A stretch of DNA of 64,000 nt from Cetorhinus maximus (taxonomy: Eukaryota). The stretch spans positions 6,014,001-6,078,000 of the forward strand of contig NC_135901.1 of the NCBI RefSeq assembly GCF_964194155.1. Direction: 5' to 3'. Shown one piece after another: positions 22,746-36,270 of this stretch. The notes below the pieces were generated by a model that saw nothing but the letters and a program-made list of their open reading frames with translations, was not told the origin of the DNA and searched no databases. The translations under genes were made by a program, and so were the position numbers. How positions within the stretch are numbered: position 1 is the stretch's first letter; each line of letters starts with the position of its first letter.

Positions 22746-25329
22746 TGGTTCTATCCCTGTAGCTCTGAAAGTTTATTCCCCTCGAGTGTCCTTCCAATTC
22801 CTTTCGAAATCATTCCTCATCCCTGCTCCTCTTAGGCAGTGAGCTGCATGAAAATGTTCTTTCTCACATTCCCCTGCATCTCTTACCCAAAGCCTTAAAT
22901 CTGTGTCCCCTCATCCTTGTACATTCAGCGAATGGGAACAGCTTTTCTTTGTCCACATTATCTAAAATTGTGTGCACCTCTATGAAATCTCCCATCAGGC
23001 TCCTTTACTCCAAGGAGAACAACATCAGCCTGATATCTAAAATAAAGAACAAGCAAACAGAATACGTTAATGCCTGAAATCAAATAGGAATGCTTGATTG
23101 CTGCTTTAAAGATATGATGAACATATTGTTCTGGACACTAAAGGAATTGGAATAACTCACCTTGGGTGTTGTTGAATGGAATAAATCAATCTGGTATCCA
23201 CCTACATTCTAGTGAAAGTCAGGAAAGTGTGGATGAGGTGAATAAGTTGACAGATTTCTCAGAGATATTTGCATCCTTTGCCTATGATTTTTTAAATTAA
23301 AGAACACCACATCGTCACTACATGAAACATCAGGACCTTACTGGGGGAGATAGGCAAATATGTCAAGATTGACACCCACTCTGATCTTTTAATAAGAGCA
23401 CTTGGAAGTTAATAATATGTGGCATGATATTGGAATACCCATGTGAGTGTGCAGATGTAATTTGTTACATGTGAAGCAACCAACACATAAATTCATGGCG
23501 AAATGCTTCTGAAGAATGGGCCTCAAACAAGCACAGCCACTTGACAAACACCATGACACTCCCTTGGACCTTTTGATAAGATGACCTGAATGTCAAGAAT
23601 GTGTAGCATCAGCTTGGGATACTGGTGTGAGTGTGCAGATATCATTTCTTACATGTGTTTCAACTAGCATTGGGAAATGCATGATGAACTTCCACTGAAG
23701 ACTGGGTCCCAGACATATGCAGCTACTTGACAAATAGCATGACATGAAATGATTCATGTGGCCAGGGGAATGAGACAACATTTTGACACTATCAAGGCAT
23801 TGACACATACTCCATAGAGAAACTAACTTTAAAACAACCAGGATAGAATTAAACACTGGTCATGGTCAAAAGGAGTAAAATTAAAGTAAAAGGGATAAAA
23901 ATTTGGATTGCACAATTAAGGGCTTGGGAAAAATAATACTCAGTAAGAACTGTCCTCAAGTTGGATGGGGGTAAAGAGAGAGCTGGAGAACCCTGTGCAT
24001 CCATGCATGATCTGTTGCTTGAAGTGTACATCCTTATGTATTAGTAACTAAGAACTCATACTGTTCCCTCAGAAGAGGAAAAGATTGAGTAGATGTTACC
24101 CCAGTCAGGGTCAGAACAGAACTGGAAAATAACAGAGTGAAATTGAATGAGGGGTCGGAGACAGAGAGTTCTTCTCCTCTCAAGGTGTAGGAATCCTGGG
24201 AGACCCTTACTTTGGGTTTTCTTGCTAATTAGTGAACATTAAATTAAATTCTATAACTGGCGGTACATTTATTTTTAATTTTATTGTTACACTTCTGGTT
24301 TTATTCCTGTTGTGATTATGCTCTGTGAAAGGCTGATTGCCAGGTGACAGGATAGGAAATTGTGATTTGGGTCTTCATTGACCAATGCTTTATTGATCCA
24401 AAAGGTGTAAAAGGGGTCACACCTCAGCAGAAATCTAGCAGAACTAAGAACAGATGACTTTCTATGTGGGAACAGGGAGATAATCAGCTCCCGGAGGACA
24501 GAGAAAAGAAGAGTACCATTAATTATAGATGACGTCTGGGTGTCAAATCCACCATGTTTTCACTGCTTGGCCTGGAAATGCTGACTCTCTGTACCAGGGA
24601 TGGAGTGTGGTGGCCCAGTTGTTTGAGAGTTTGACATGGCTTGGATGGGTACAGATGGTTCAATGACAGGTTTTGTAATTGGTCCATTCAAATGTTTGGT
24701 AGGCAATGATTGGGTGAAATCAGTCTCCATGGACTTTGTAATGTATAAAAGTATAAGAAGGGATTCCCCAAGCACAGAGATTTGCAGAGGTTTTATACAT
24801 TACATTGACTGGTGCCATAGCATCTGGGGCAACCAGGGAGCATTTACATGGAGATGGTGCTTCTACCCAGAGTGCAATGGTAATGCTGCTGCACTTTGAT
24901 ACCGCTGCTCAGGCATGAGTAAGTGTCAGGTCTCATTTATACTGAATAAAATCTAACCACTGTCACCAATAAGGGTTATCACTGCGAATCATTTCAGAGT
25001 TTGGGAAAAGGGAATAAAGGATTATTTGATTCCCTGAACTCCATTTTCTAACATTGCTGTGTCAATAACAAAATCTCATCTTCCCCCCTAAGGCTACTTT
25101 GCCAATTACCTAAGAGGGATTCACTTTCTGTTAAAGAGTCTAATAAACACTCTCATCTGCTTTCCCTAAAGTTCTTAAATGTATTCATGAAAAGTTCAGC
25201 AAAATCAAATATTTTTATTGTTTAAAGTCTATTAATGAAAGAAAATATGGTTAAAAAAAGAACATTTCTTGAGGACCAAGGGTAGCCAGAGTAAAAGGAT
25301 ATGCAAAATAGTCATTTGGTAAGATAGGA

Positions 25330-26770
25330 CTTGAATATTGCTGAACAAAGAGACATGACTAAGATTTTCACCTTGCACTCATCAGGGACACTCGCAAGAA
25401 CATCAACATAAAGGAGAAAACAACAGTTTATACTGTATGTGAAGTGAGTGCTGATTGGTTGGCAAGTGGCGTTGCCATGGAGAATGCACCACTGATGGTG
25501 ACTGACAGTTAACTGCCAAGCATTGTTTGAAATTTAAACCAGGCAGCTTGACCACGATTGGTCAAGGCATTGCCCTGAGGAATGAGTCAGTGAATGGCTG
25601 TCAAAGAACAGGGCCCTATGCATTAATATGTAGCTTCCAGTACATCCTAATACACTAAATTGCAAGCTCAACTGACAATCTTAAATTGGTTGCCAGCGTA
25701 ATTCTTAGCACATTGAGGATTATTTAGCCAATGTTGTCCAATTGCAGAATCACGTCGAATGTGGGACACTGTTGTTTTGAGGTTTGCAGGCACGGGCTGG
25801 TTGGGTACAGTCTGTACCGTGCCCATTGTGAACAGCAGCTGGGACATGCTGTTTGATATGATCCACCAGTCTTTGGGATGTACAGTCTACATACCTAGCG
25901 TCACACTGGCACTGAAATTCACATACTACATTATTCATTTGTGTGATAGAATGTTTTTTTGGTTTGACAGCAGCATCCTGTTAGTGGTGAATACCACTTA
26001 TATTGCTACTGCATAGTAGCAGCGTGAAACAGCTGTTTGACCTGTTGCTCAAATTTTTGAGATACCTTGCCCTTCCAAGATAACCTGAGGTAGACTGGGC
26101 ACTTTTCAGGGCTGAAAGTGATGGCCTTAGGCCCATTCATGAGATGCCCTTCACCCCACCCCAACCCCATTAGGGCTATCTGTACCTCGCTCGTCCTGCT
26201 TTCTACCCTTAATGTCACCATTAGAACATTCCTTAGCTAATATCACCACCGTCAACACCCCTTTGTCCTTTTGTCTATGACATCTTTGGTAACCTCTTCT
26301 TTGCCTCCCCCTATCACTTAATAAATAACCCTCAATGTGCTAAGAATTACGCTGACAACCAATTTAAGGTTGTAATTCCAGGTTGCAATGTAGTGCATAT
26401 GCATGTACTGGAAGCTACATCTATTAATACAGGGTCCTGTTCATTGCAGACAGAAAGAACATGTACACACATTGTGTCTGTTTCAGCTAAACAAAATAAG
26501 TGACAGCCATTCACTGACTCATTCCTCAGGGCAATGCCCTGACCAATCAGGGTCAAGATGCCTGGTTTAAATTTCAAACAATATGTGGCAGTTACCTGTC
26601 AGTCACCAATAATGGTACATTCTGAATGGCAACGTCACTTGCCTACCAATCAGCACTCTCCTCACATATAGTATAAATTGTTGTTTTCCTCCTTACATTG
26701 GTATTCTTGCAAGTATCCTGATGATTGCAAGATGAAAAGCTTAAACATGTCTCTTTTTTCAACAATATGT
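25330..26770 (-). mobile_element. Second-family Penelope-like element with inverted terminal repeat
   Basis: ORF 25750..25938 NVVCEFQCQCDARYVDCTSQRLVDHIKQH (degenerate GIY-YIG); 25330-25730 and 26325-26770 are inverted copies. Confidence 0.8.
26712..26750 (+). ncRNA. Degenerate minimal hammerhead motif (mirror copy at ~25352-25392, - strand)
   Basis: CTGATGA-TTGCAAGAT-GAAA-AGCTTA; mirror reads CTGATGA-GTGCAAGGT-GAAA-ATCTTA. Confidence 0.5.
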
Positions 26771-27217
26771 AAAATGTTCAGGACCCAAATGGTTTCTCTT
26801 TATCTCGTCTGTACCCTGTTCCCATGACTCCCCACTTTGGACAAGAGGAAACTGAACCTCAGGGTCGCGTCACCATCAACCCCACTCACCCCCTCCCTCC
26901 CCAATTGGTTGGAGACCAATTTCCATATTAGTCCACCAGAACCTTCCTGTCTCTTTTAGTTTGACACTCATGGCAGTTTCCCAACTGGGGCACAGGCCCC
27001 ATTATTCTCAGCTAAATTCAGCTCTCAGCTCATTGACACAAGCAATAGAGACAGAAAAGTGCTGGAGGCTCAAATGGGAAGTCGAAACTTGTGTTTCTAA
27101 ACCAAAATTTGAATATTTGTCTGTCAAATACTTGTTTTTAATATGGGGTTTTTTAAGGTTTAGATTTAGGCACTGGAGGCAAAGGGTATGTTTCCCTTTC
27201 TAACTTTGTATTGTCTA

Positions 27218-27680
27218 TCGTGTCAGCCGTGGCTCAGTGGATCGCACTCTCACCTCTGAGTCAGAAAGTCGTTTTGGAAAAGTGCCAGTCCAGGAGCCTG
27301 AGGGCAAACTCATGTGCAACATTCCAAGTGCCAGTACTGAGGGAGTGCTGCACTGTTGGAGCTGCAGTCTTTTGGATGAGATGTTAATGCAAGTGCCAGT
27401 CTGCTGCCTTGGGCACACTGAGAAGTTCCCATGGCCACTATTTCGAAGAAGTGCAGGGGAGTTAACCCCGGTATCATGGCCAATATTTATCAATCAACAT
27501 CACTAAAAACAGATCATCTGGTCATTATAGCATTGTTCTTTGCGGGATCTTGCTGCTGCTGATTGGCTGCTGAGTTTCCTACATTATAACAGTGATTGCA
27601 TTCCAAAAGTACTTCATTGGCTGTATAGGGCTTTGGGATGTATTGTGGCCATAAAAGATGCTATATAAATGCAAGATTTA
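27218..27680 (+). mobile_element. DeuSINE (SacSINE1-like) tRNA-headed SINE
   Basis: Head GCCGTGGCTCAGTGG, central AGTACTGAGGGAGTGCTGCACTGTTGGA..GGATGAGATGTTAA, L2-type tail GCTATATAAATGCAAG. Confidence 0.75.
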
Positions 27681-30477
27681 AATTTGAAATTTCTATTATC
27701 TGATCTTGTGGTCTGTAAGTTAATTGATTTCAGCCAACTCCAACTTGCCATTTAATAAATTTGCTTTCCTTCGGACAAGACTTTCACCAATTAAGGCAAA
27801 GGCAGAATTCTCTGGGTAGTTAGTGTAAAACGTTTACTGAAAGAAAAGTGTTTCCTTAAAAACATTAAGAAATTGACTTTTACAACTTCATATGTGTGAT
27901 CAGCCCATAGAAGCGTGACCCTCCCAGGCTCCTTCTTCGACAGTAATTCTTGTGGATTTCGGCCTCGGGATCTGGTTCCTTCTTTGTCAGTAATTTCCTT
28001 GGATCTCGGCCTTGGGAATCTTCAGTACGTGGATAGCAAGGAAGACCGTTGGAATCTCTACTTTTATCCCCAAAGTGACCATTAACTCAAGTCAGAGTGG
28101 GGCCTGTCGTAGCATGACAATTGGTCACTCTGGTTACTAGATTAATTTAACTGGATTCCCAATTACTTACATCACCTTAACTCATTATCTCAGACAGGAG
28201 AACAATAGAACTGTTTCATACTGTCCTTTCATCTGATTCTATATAATCCCTTATTCATAAAGTTCAATTTTGAGGCTAAGCAGATTTTGAAGATCTCTCT
28301 TGCCGCTACATTTATCTTCACATACACATTCTTCACATACACACAGCAATTAAGGTTTTTCATCTTTACAGCAAATAAAACTCACCTTTTTGTTATAACT
28401 ACTGATTCATTATTCATTATTAATTGTAACTCAAGGCTCATTACTTATTCAATCATCCGTTGTTGACTAGTAGTTAATTAATACAGTAACCTTTAATTAT
28501 TATATTTTGTTAATACAAGATAGTCTGGTTCAAAAAGAGTTTGTGGAAGACAATAGCTTTGCTTCTTACTAATCTTGATCAGATTGAACAATGAGCCTTA
28601 TCCTTGAGCTGTACTTTGGCAGGATATGATGTCCTGTAGCTTATCAAAATTAGAAAAGAATTTCTTTGTTTAAACAATTTCTGCTAGCTCTGCAGTTTCT
28701 TTTTGGATTATCCAGTGTTAATTTTTAAAATAAAGATCTGACCTTTTCAATATAATTATCTATTACTGATTCATTAACCAAGGTCATTACTGAATAATTA
28801 TGTTTCATGACTAGATTTTAATACAAACTCAATCTATATTCAATAAAGAAAAGTTACAGAATGTGAAAAGGCAGAAAGGTGCCACATGTAAGAGGATAAA
28901 ATGTCTTCCTTGACCTTGTTGGCTATAACAGTGAATACAAAATGAAAGTGATTGATTTTTAAACCTGAATTTGACTACCCAGGGCTACCTGAAGTTTCCG
29001 ATAACAGCAATTAAACTTCAGAAGTACTTCGTTGGCTGTAAGATGCATCAGGACATCCTGTGGTATAAAAATGCATTTTTTTTTCTAATTATCCACAAAT
29101 TTGGATATATTACACTCAGTCCCCACAACAAAAATCATTAATAAAGATTGAGCCTTAACTTTGGTTCCAACCATGTCTCTGACACCAAACACACTAAATC
29201 CTGAATTATTTGTTTTAAAACACAGTGAGTTGTTGTGATTTGGAATGACATGCCTGAAAACTGTGTAAGAAACAGATTTGATTCTATCTTTCAAAAAGGA
29301 ATTGGACAGATTCTTGAAATGAAAAGAAAATTGCAGGGCTATGCGATTAATTAGATAGCTGGCTTGAGCATGATGGGATGAATGGCCTCATTCTGCGCTC
29401 TAGGAGTCTTGTGTACATTTAAAGCGAGTGGTAATGACCTTGAACCCACTTCCTGTGAGGGTGGTAGAAGCAGAGGTGTTGGAATGATTTTGAAAGGAAA
29501 TTGGATGGGCACTTGAGGAAAATAAAACTACAGGGATACAGGGAGAGAACAGGGTAATGAGACTGACTTGTTTGCTCTACAGAGAGTCAGTGTGGACTTG
29601 ATGGGTCAAATGGCCATCTTCCCTACCCTAATGACCCTATGATCGAAAGAAACTTCAGCTGCTGCAGTTCTCCAACTAACTGAAGTCCCTCATCCCTGGT
29701 GTTATTCTCTTAAATCCTCTCTCCAGCCTCTTAAAGAACTTGATGTCTTTTCTTCAATATGGGGCCCATATTGGTCCCTCTCCAGAGGGATAGAGTTGAA
29801 AAGCAGGGAGGTTATGTTCAACTTGTTCAGAACCATGGTTAGACTACACTGGGAAGATTGTCAATATTTGTGGTCTCTATTTAGAAAAGGGAAATACAGG
29901 CACTGGAGAAAGGGCAACAAAGATTCACAAGAATAATACCAGAACTAAGAGCATTTAACCCTCAGGAAAGGCTGGGGCATTTTTCTCACTTCTAGAGAAG
30001 ACTGAAGGGTGACCTGATGGAAGTCTTTAAGATTATGAAGGGGTTCAATGATCCAATAAGGATTTCATGAGAAACATCTTTGCCCAGCGAATGATGAGAA
30101 TGTGGAACTCACTACTACAGCGAGTGGTTGAGGTGAATCGCACGAATACATTTAAGGGAAGCTAGGTACATACATGAGGGAGAAAGGACTAGAAGAATCT
30201 GCTGATGGGGGAGATGAAATGGAGTGGGTGGAGGCTCATGTGGAACATAAATACTGACAAAGGCGAATTGAGCTGACTGGCCTGGCCCTGTGCTGTAGAC
30301 TCAATGGAACAGAGACAAATATATTTATTTGAGATCTACCTGTGGTGGTAGGAAAAACACGACTTACAATCCAAGATAAAACAAATGTACTTCATCAGCT
30401 TTTGTGGATCTTTTCAGTGGAAATGTGCACTCCCAGGCTCAAAGAGCATCAGCCCAGTGGAGGCAAAGCTGTGAGAC

Positions 30478-31562
30478 ATGGATAGAAGATTGGCTAACTA
30501 ATAAAAGACAAAGAGTTGGGATAATGGGGCATTTTCAGGTTGGCAAACTGCAACTAGTGGAGTGCCACAGGGATCAGTGCTGGGGCCACAATCATTTACA
30601 ATATATTTTAATGACTTGGATGAGGGAAGTGAATGTACTATCACCAAGTTTGTGGATGACACAAAAATAGGTGGAAAGGCAAGTGGTGAGGATGACACAA
30701 AGAGTCTACAGAGGGATTTGACAGGTAAAGTGAGTGGGCAAAAACTTGGCAGATGGAATATAATGTGGGAAAACATGAGGTTATTCCTTTGGCAGGAAGA
30801 ATAGAGGAGCTGAATATTACTTAAATGGAGAAAGACTGCAGAAAGCTGCAGCACAGAGGGATTTGGGGGTTCTCGTGCATGAATCACTAAAAGCTAGCAT
30901 ACAAGTTCAGCAGGTAATAGGCAAGGCAAATGGAACGTTGGCCTTTATTTCAAAGGGAATGGAATATAAAAATAGGGAAGTCTTGCTAAAACTATACAAG
31001 GCACTTGTTGGATCACGTTTGGAATATTGTGGACAGTTTTGGTCCCTCTATCTAAGGGGCATTGGAGGCAGTTCAGAGAAGTTCACGAGGTTAATCCCGG
31101 GTATGGAGGGATTTTCTTATGAGGAGAGTTTGAGTAAGTTGGGCCTGTACTCACTCAAGAATAAGCGGTGGCCTTATTGAAACCTATAAGATTCTTAGGG
31201 GGCTTGACAGGGTAGATGCTGAGAGGTTTTTTTCCCCTTATGGGAGAGTGTAGGACCAGAGGGCATAATCTCAGAGTAAGGGGTCGCCCATTTAAGATGG
31301 AGATGAGGAGGAATTTCTTCTCTCAGAGGATAGCGAATCTGCGGAATTCTTTACCGCAGGGGGCTGTAGAGGTTGGGTCGTTAAGTATATTCAAAGCTGA
31401 GATAGACAGATTTTTAGATCAGTAAGGGAATCAAGGGTTATGGGGAAAAGGCAGGAAATTGGAGTTGAGGATTATCAGATCAGCCGTGATCTCATAGAAT
31501 AGAGCAGCAGACTCAATGGGCCGAATGGACTATTTCTGCTCCTACATCTTGTGGTCTTATGG
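30478..31562 (+). mobile_element. 5'-truncated CR1 LINE inserted downstream of/within the ZNF 3' UTR
   Basis: PQGSVLGP..FVDDTKIGG..LYKALVGSRLEYC; tail TCTTGTGGTCTTATGGT; empty site visible at ~21495-21505. Confidence 0.9.
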
Positions 31563-31686
31563 TGACCGGCCAGTCCAGCAGAATGAAACCCTCCGACCCT
31601 CCCACTTCACTAACTGTGAGAATGAACATGGTTCAATCCTGGATGTGATTAACAGCAGCAATAACAGCAGAATCCAATTTCTGTAA

Positions 31687-32697
31687 TCACTCATGAACTT
31701 GCTGGTGTGTCAGCAGGTTTGAAGAATGAGTGAATCCCTTCCCAAAGTCAGAGCAGGTGAATGGCCTCTCCCTGCTGTGAACTCGCTGGTGTTTCCGCAG
31801 GGTGGATGAATCACTGAATTGTTTCCCACATTCAGAGCAGGTGAAAGGTCTCTCCCCAGTGTGAACTCGCTGGTGAGCCCACAAGGTGGATGAATGAGCA
31901 AATCCCTTCCCACATTCAGAGCAGGTGAATGGTCTCTCCCCAGTGTGAACTCGCTGGTGTGTCACTAAGTTGAATGAATGACTGAATCTCTTCCCACACT
32001 CAGAGCAGGTGAATGGTCTCTCCCCAGTGTGAACTCGCTTGTGCTTCTGCAGTGCGGATGAATCAATGAAGCCCTTCCCACACTCAGAGCAGGTGAACGG
32101 CCTCTCCCCTGTGTGTATTTGCTGGTGTAACAGGAGGTGGGATGACTGAGTGAATCCCTTCCCACATGTGGAACAGGTGAACGGCCTCTCTCCAGTGTGA
32201 CTGCGTCGGTGAATCTCCAGCTTAGATGGGGATCCGAATCCCTTCCCACACTCAGAGCAGGCGAACGGTCTCTCTCCGGTGTGAACTCGCTCATGTGCCA
32301 CGAGGTGGGATGAATTAATAAATCTCTTCCCACACTCAGAGCAGGTGAATGGCCTCTCCCCAGTGTGAACTCGTTGGTGTGTCAGCAAGTTGGATGAATG
32401 AGTGAATCTCTTCCCACACTTGGAGCAGGAGAATGGTTTCTCCCCAGTGTGAACTCGCTGGTGTGACTGCAGGTTGGATGACTTAGTGAATCCCTTCCCA
32501 CAGTCAGAGCAGGTGAACGGTCTCTCCCCGGTGTGAACTCGCTCATGCTTCCGCAGTGCAGATGAATCAATGAATCCCTTCCCACACTCGGAGCAGGTGA
32601 ACGGTCTCTCCCCGGTGTGACTACGTCGATGAATCTCCAGCTCTGATGGGGATCTGAGTCCCTTCCCACAGTCCCCACATTTCCATGGTTTCTCCAT
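31687..32697 (-). CDS. C2H2 zinc-finger protein, 12 finger units (last has C>F)
   Basis: 336-aa [13 protein letters not shown]..; acceptor ttttgcag|GATATTAG at 33060/33059; three dead fingers upstream of the ATG. Confidence 0.92.
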   Translation of the reverse strand: MEKPWKCGDCGKGLRSPSELEIHRRSHTGERPFTCSECGKGFIDSSALRKHERVHTGERPFTCSDCGKGFTKSSNLQSHQRVHTGEKPFSCSKCGKRFTHSSNLLTHQRVHTGERPFTCSECGKRFINSSHLVAHERVHTGERPFACSECGKGFGSPSKLEIHRRSHTGERPFTCSTCGKGFTQSSHLLLHQQIHTGERPFTCSECGKGFIDSSALQKHKRVHTGERPFTCSECGKRFSHSFNLVTHQRVHTGERPFTCSECGKGFAHSSTLWAHQRVHTGERPFTCSECGKQFSDSSTLRKHQRVHSRERPFTCSDFGKGFTHSSNLLTHQQVHE

Positions 32698-33739
32698 GAT
32701 GCAGGTGTCCTTGTGCCTCTCCAGGCTCGACGATCAGTTGAAGCCTCGTCTGGACACAGGCCACATGTGCAGCCTCTCCTCACTGTGAATTGTGAGATGT
32801 TTTTTCAACTGGGTAACCCGTAAAAGTTCTTTCCACAGTCAGTGCACCAGGACCTCTGGCTCGGCTCTGTGTGTCTCGATGTTTTACCAGTCACACTGAT
32901 GTTTAAAACCTTTTGAAGCAGACAATACAGACAAACATTTCTCCTTCTAGATTCAAAGGCCAATGATATTCTGGTCCTCATAAACTAAGTGATTTTGTCA
33001 GATCTTCATGTGACGTTTGATTTGAGATTTCTTTCTGCAAATCCTCTCCTTCTAATATCCTGCAAAAGGAGTTTACAAAAGTCATCACTGTCAGTACAGG
33101 ATAGAAACTCAGAACAGGCAATTCTCGTTTCTATGAAACATTCATTCTTCTCCCATTCAAAAGTCATCCCAGACACCTACTCTCCATTCCCACTTTGCCG
33201 TACTTAATATTCGGCTTCCCAATGCTCCTGAAGAAGCGATTCATGCTGAGATCAATGGTCAGGGCTTCATGTCCTGGAGACAGGGACCTGAAAATATTTA
33301 TGCTAGTCTATGTACATATAACTGACTATATTCAGTACTAAGTACTATATTTTTTAAAAATAGAAATAATAATAAATGTGCTATATTACAGTACCATCAA
33401 TAATTTATATAAAATGTCTACTATATAACACAAGGCATATCTACGTCCTATATTAATTTCCTGTCCCTTAAATGTCAGCCATCTCCTGGGAAAGCCACCC
33501 CTTTAATTGTGAGCATGAGGAAAGGAGCCATTCTTTTAGCCATATAATAAATATGTCAAGCTGACAGAGCAAAGGATGTCAGTGTCTTTAAGGGAGAGAG
33601 AGAGACCTGGGCCAACCTTTCCAGAGTCAGCGTCCTCCCTGGATTCACCTCCTTTCCCTTCAGTTCCTGCAAGTCAACAATTTAAACCCAGAATTAGAAA
33701 AGAAATGCAATGGGAAAGAAAATAAAATGTTTTACTCAC

Positions 33740-33825
33740 AGATGTTGGGCACAGGAGGAACATTTGGTGTGTGTGAAGCTAAATCTTCATTCAGAGAGAG
33801 TGGAGCAGCAGCAGCAGTTTAACAC
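33740..33825 (-). other. Candidate 86-nt 5' UTR exon of the 32.7-kb ZNF gene
   Basis: Strong acceptor TTTTTTCTCTTTCCTTCAG|G and donor T|GTGAGT, lying between the promoter (36 kb) and the finger exon. Confidence 0.5.
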
Positions 33826-35605
33826 CTGAAGGAAAGAGAAAAAGTTTATTGTTAAGGTGTCTGATGTGACAAAGAATAAAGTGAATCTGGGGACAAGGAT
33901 GGCTTTGAGATAGTGTGATTCGGTGCTGCTGGAGAGAGGGGTCGAGTGTGTACATATGGTGGCACATGGCACTGAGTGAGAACAGATCTCCGAGGAACAT
34001 TGTATGTCCTGGAGATACCTGTAATCCTGGGTGGATTCAAAACACGAGGGATGGAACTTCAGTTGGAATCCACATGGGGTAAGTCGGACATGGAGACAAT
34101 CGCTGAGGAAGGAAATATGGCTGTGAAAGCGAGTTTTAGGAAACACCTTACCAAATCCCAGGGGGTAAATGGTAAGCAATGAAGGTGAACATGGTGAAAG
34201 AGACAAACAGAAATCCACTTCGGAGAGAAGAGCAATACTTCCTCAAGGTAGGCATTCCTGGAAGAGAAGTGGCAGTGATTTAAACTGTAAAATAAACGTA
34301 AAATACTGTGGATGCTGGAAATCTGAAATAAAAACAAAAATGCTGGAAAAACTCAGCAGGTCTGGCAGCATCTGTGGAGACAAAAACAGAGTTAACGTTT
34401 CAAGTTCATGTGCTCTGAAGAAGTCAAACAGACTCGAAATGTTAACTTATCACCCTACCAGCCTCCGCATTCAAAGGATCATCCTCCGCCATTTCCGCCA
34501 ACTCCAGCATGATGCCACCACCAAACACATCTTCCCTTCACCCCCCCAGGCGGCATTCCGTAGGGATCGTTCCCTCCGGGACACCCTGGTCAACTCCTCC
34601 ATCACCCCCTACTCCTCAACCCCCACCTACGACACCTCCCCATGCACACGCAAAAGATGCAACACCTGCCCCTTCACTTCCTCTCTCCTCACTGTCCAAG
34701 GGCCCAAACACTTCTTTCAAGTGAAGCAGCATTTCACTTGCATTTCCCCCAACTTAGTCTACTGCATTCGTTGCTCCCAATGCGGTCTCCTCTACATTGG
34801 AGAGACCAAACGCAGACTGGGCGACCACTTTGCGGAACACCTTCGGTCTGTCCGCAAGAATGACCCAGACCTCCCTGTCGCTTGCCATTTTAACACTCCA
34901 CCCTGCTCTCTTGCTCACATGTCTGTCCTTGGCTGGCTGCATTGTTCCAGTGAAGCTCAACGCAAACTGGAGGAACAGCACCTCATCTTCCGAATAGGCA
35001 CTTTACAGCCTTCCAGACTGAATATTGAATTCAACAACTTTAGATCTTGAACTCCCTCCTCCATCCCCACCCCCTTTCTGTTTCTTCCCCCTCCCTTTTG
35101 TTTTTTCCAATAATTTATATAGCTTTCTCTATTCCCACCTATTTCCATTATTTTTAAATCTGTACCTTTTATGCCCTTTTAGTCTTATTTCACCCCACTC
35201 CCACTAGAGCTGTACCTTGCGTGTCCTGCCATCCATTCTTAATTAGCACATTCTTTTAGATAATATCACCTTTGTTCCTTTGTCTGTGACATCTTTTGAT
35301 TATCTGCTCCTATCACTGCTTACTTGTCCCTACAACCACCCCGCCCCCTACTTCTCTCCCACCACCCCCCCACCTTAAACCAGCTTATATTTCACCCCTC
35401 TCCTATTTTTACTTAGTTCTGTTGAAGGGTCATGAGGACTCAAAACGTCAACTGTGTTCTTCTCCGCCGATGCTGCCAGACCTGCTGAGTTTTTCCAGGT
35501 AATTCTGTTTTTGTTTTTATCGAAATGTTAATTGTTTCCCTCTCCACAGATGCTGCCAGACCTGCTGAGTATTTCTAGCATCCGCAGTATTTTGCTTTTA
35601 TTATA
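33820..35605. mobile_element. Rearranged Penelope-like element (inverted 5' piece 33820-34400; GIY-YIG and tail 34405-35605 on +)
   Basis: LTYHPTSLRIQRIILRHF..NLVYCIRCSQCGLLYIGETKRRLGDHFAEH..LNIEFNNF; N-terminal KTRFHSHISFLSDCL on - strand. Confidence 0.9.
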
Positions 35606-35779
35606 CTCTTTCGAGTTATCAACAGTCACAGATTGCAACTCTTGGAGTACAATCACAGTTCTTGGTTTTCCAGGAGTGGGATATGAACCCACAATCCTCT
35701 GATTCAAAGGCGAGGGTGCTATGAACTGAGCCACAGCTCAGCAGCAGTTTTATTAGGCAGTAAAGAACAGGTTAACAAG

Positions 35780-36270
35780 CTCATTGTCTCAGCCCACATT
35801 CACGGCGTTGGCAGCAAAGGCAGCCTTTCTCTCCGAGTCACCGGGACCCTCAGGCCCCGCCCACTCTCTGTTGCGTCATCCAGATGGCCGCGTAAAGCCA
35901 CCGCCGCCCGCTGGACCAATATGGCGGCCGCTAACCTGGTGCTGGACCGGGAAAAATGTCCTGGAACTGCGATTACGGGACCTGCAGCGTCTTATTCCTG
36001 GCATGCGGCCTGCAGTGAGCGTTTATGAAGCCTCCGCTTCCTCCTCACCCCGACTCCTGGTTCCATTCCTCAGTCCGCCCCATCGACACTCACCCGCTGA
36101 GAAACGCCTCCCCCTCTCTCGCTCAGCTCTGATCAAATTGATAATGCGCATGCTCCAGCTAGAGTACAGCACTGCGCCTGCGCACCGCTCTCCTGTAATA
36201 TGAATAGGGCACTTTCACATCCGCAGGGAATGTTGGGTAACAGCAGCGCCATTTGAATTTTAAAGCGGGA
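35780..36270 (-). promoter_or_regulatory. CpG-island promoter, probably of the 32.7-kb gene
   Basis: TGCGCATGC ~36145, TGCGCCTGCGCA ~36173, ATGGCGGC ~35922; CpG-rich. Confidence 0.7.

Noticed and set aside
27700-29000. AT-rich unique-looking block
   Set aside because: No ORF, termini or internal structure I could support; probably an unrecognised LTR or other repeat.
31710-32783. Alternative-frame and antisense ORFs over ZNF exons ([13 protein letters not shown] type)
   Set aside because: Shadow frames of the 84-bp finger repeat.
34169-35050. 293-aa ORF ending in a GIY-YIG domain as a domesticated nuclease
   Set aside because: The N-terminal third reads through inverted Penelope pieces; there is no RT, so it is a chance fusion in a young insertion.
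35660-35735. tRNA-like sequence with A/B boxes (also 27225, 60440)
   Set aside because: SINE heads; no complete cloverleaf, and the copies at 27225 and 60440 run into SINE bodies.
35784-36203. ORFs in CpG islands as KRAB/SCAN-like first coding exons (also 20268, 20727, 52788, 54651)
   Set aside because: GC-rich Pro/Arg/Ala frames with no recognisable domain and no shared peptide between paralogs.
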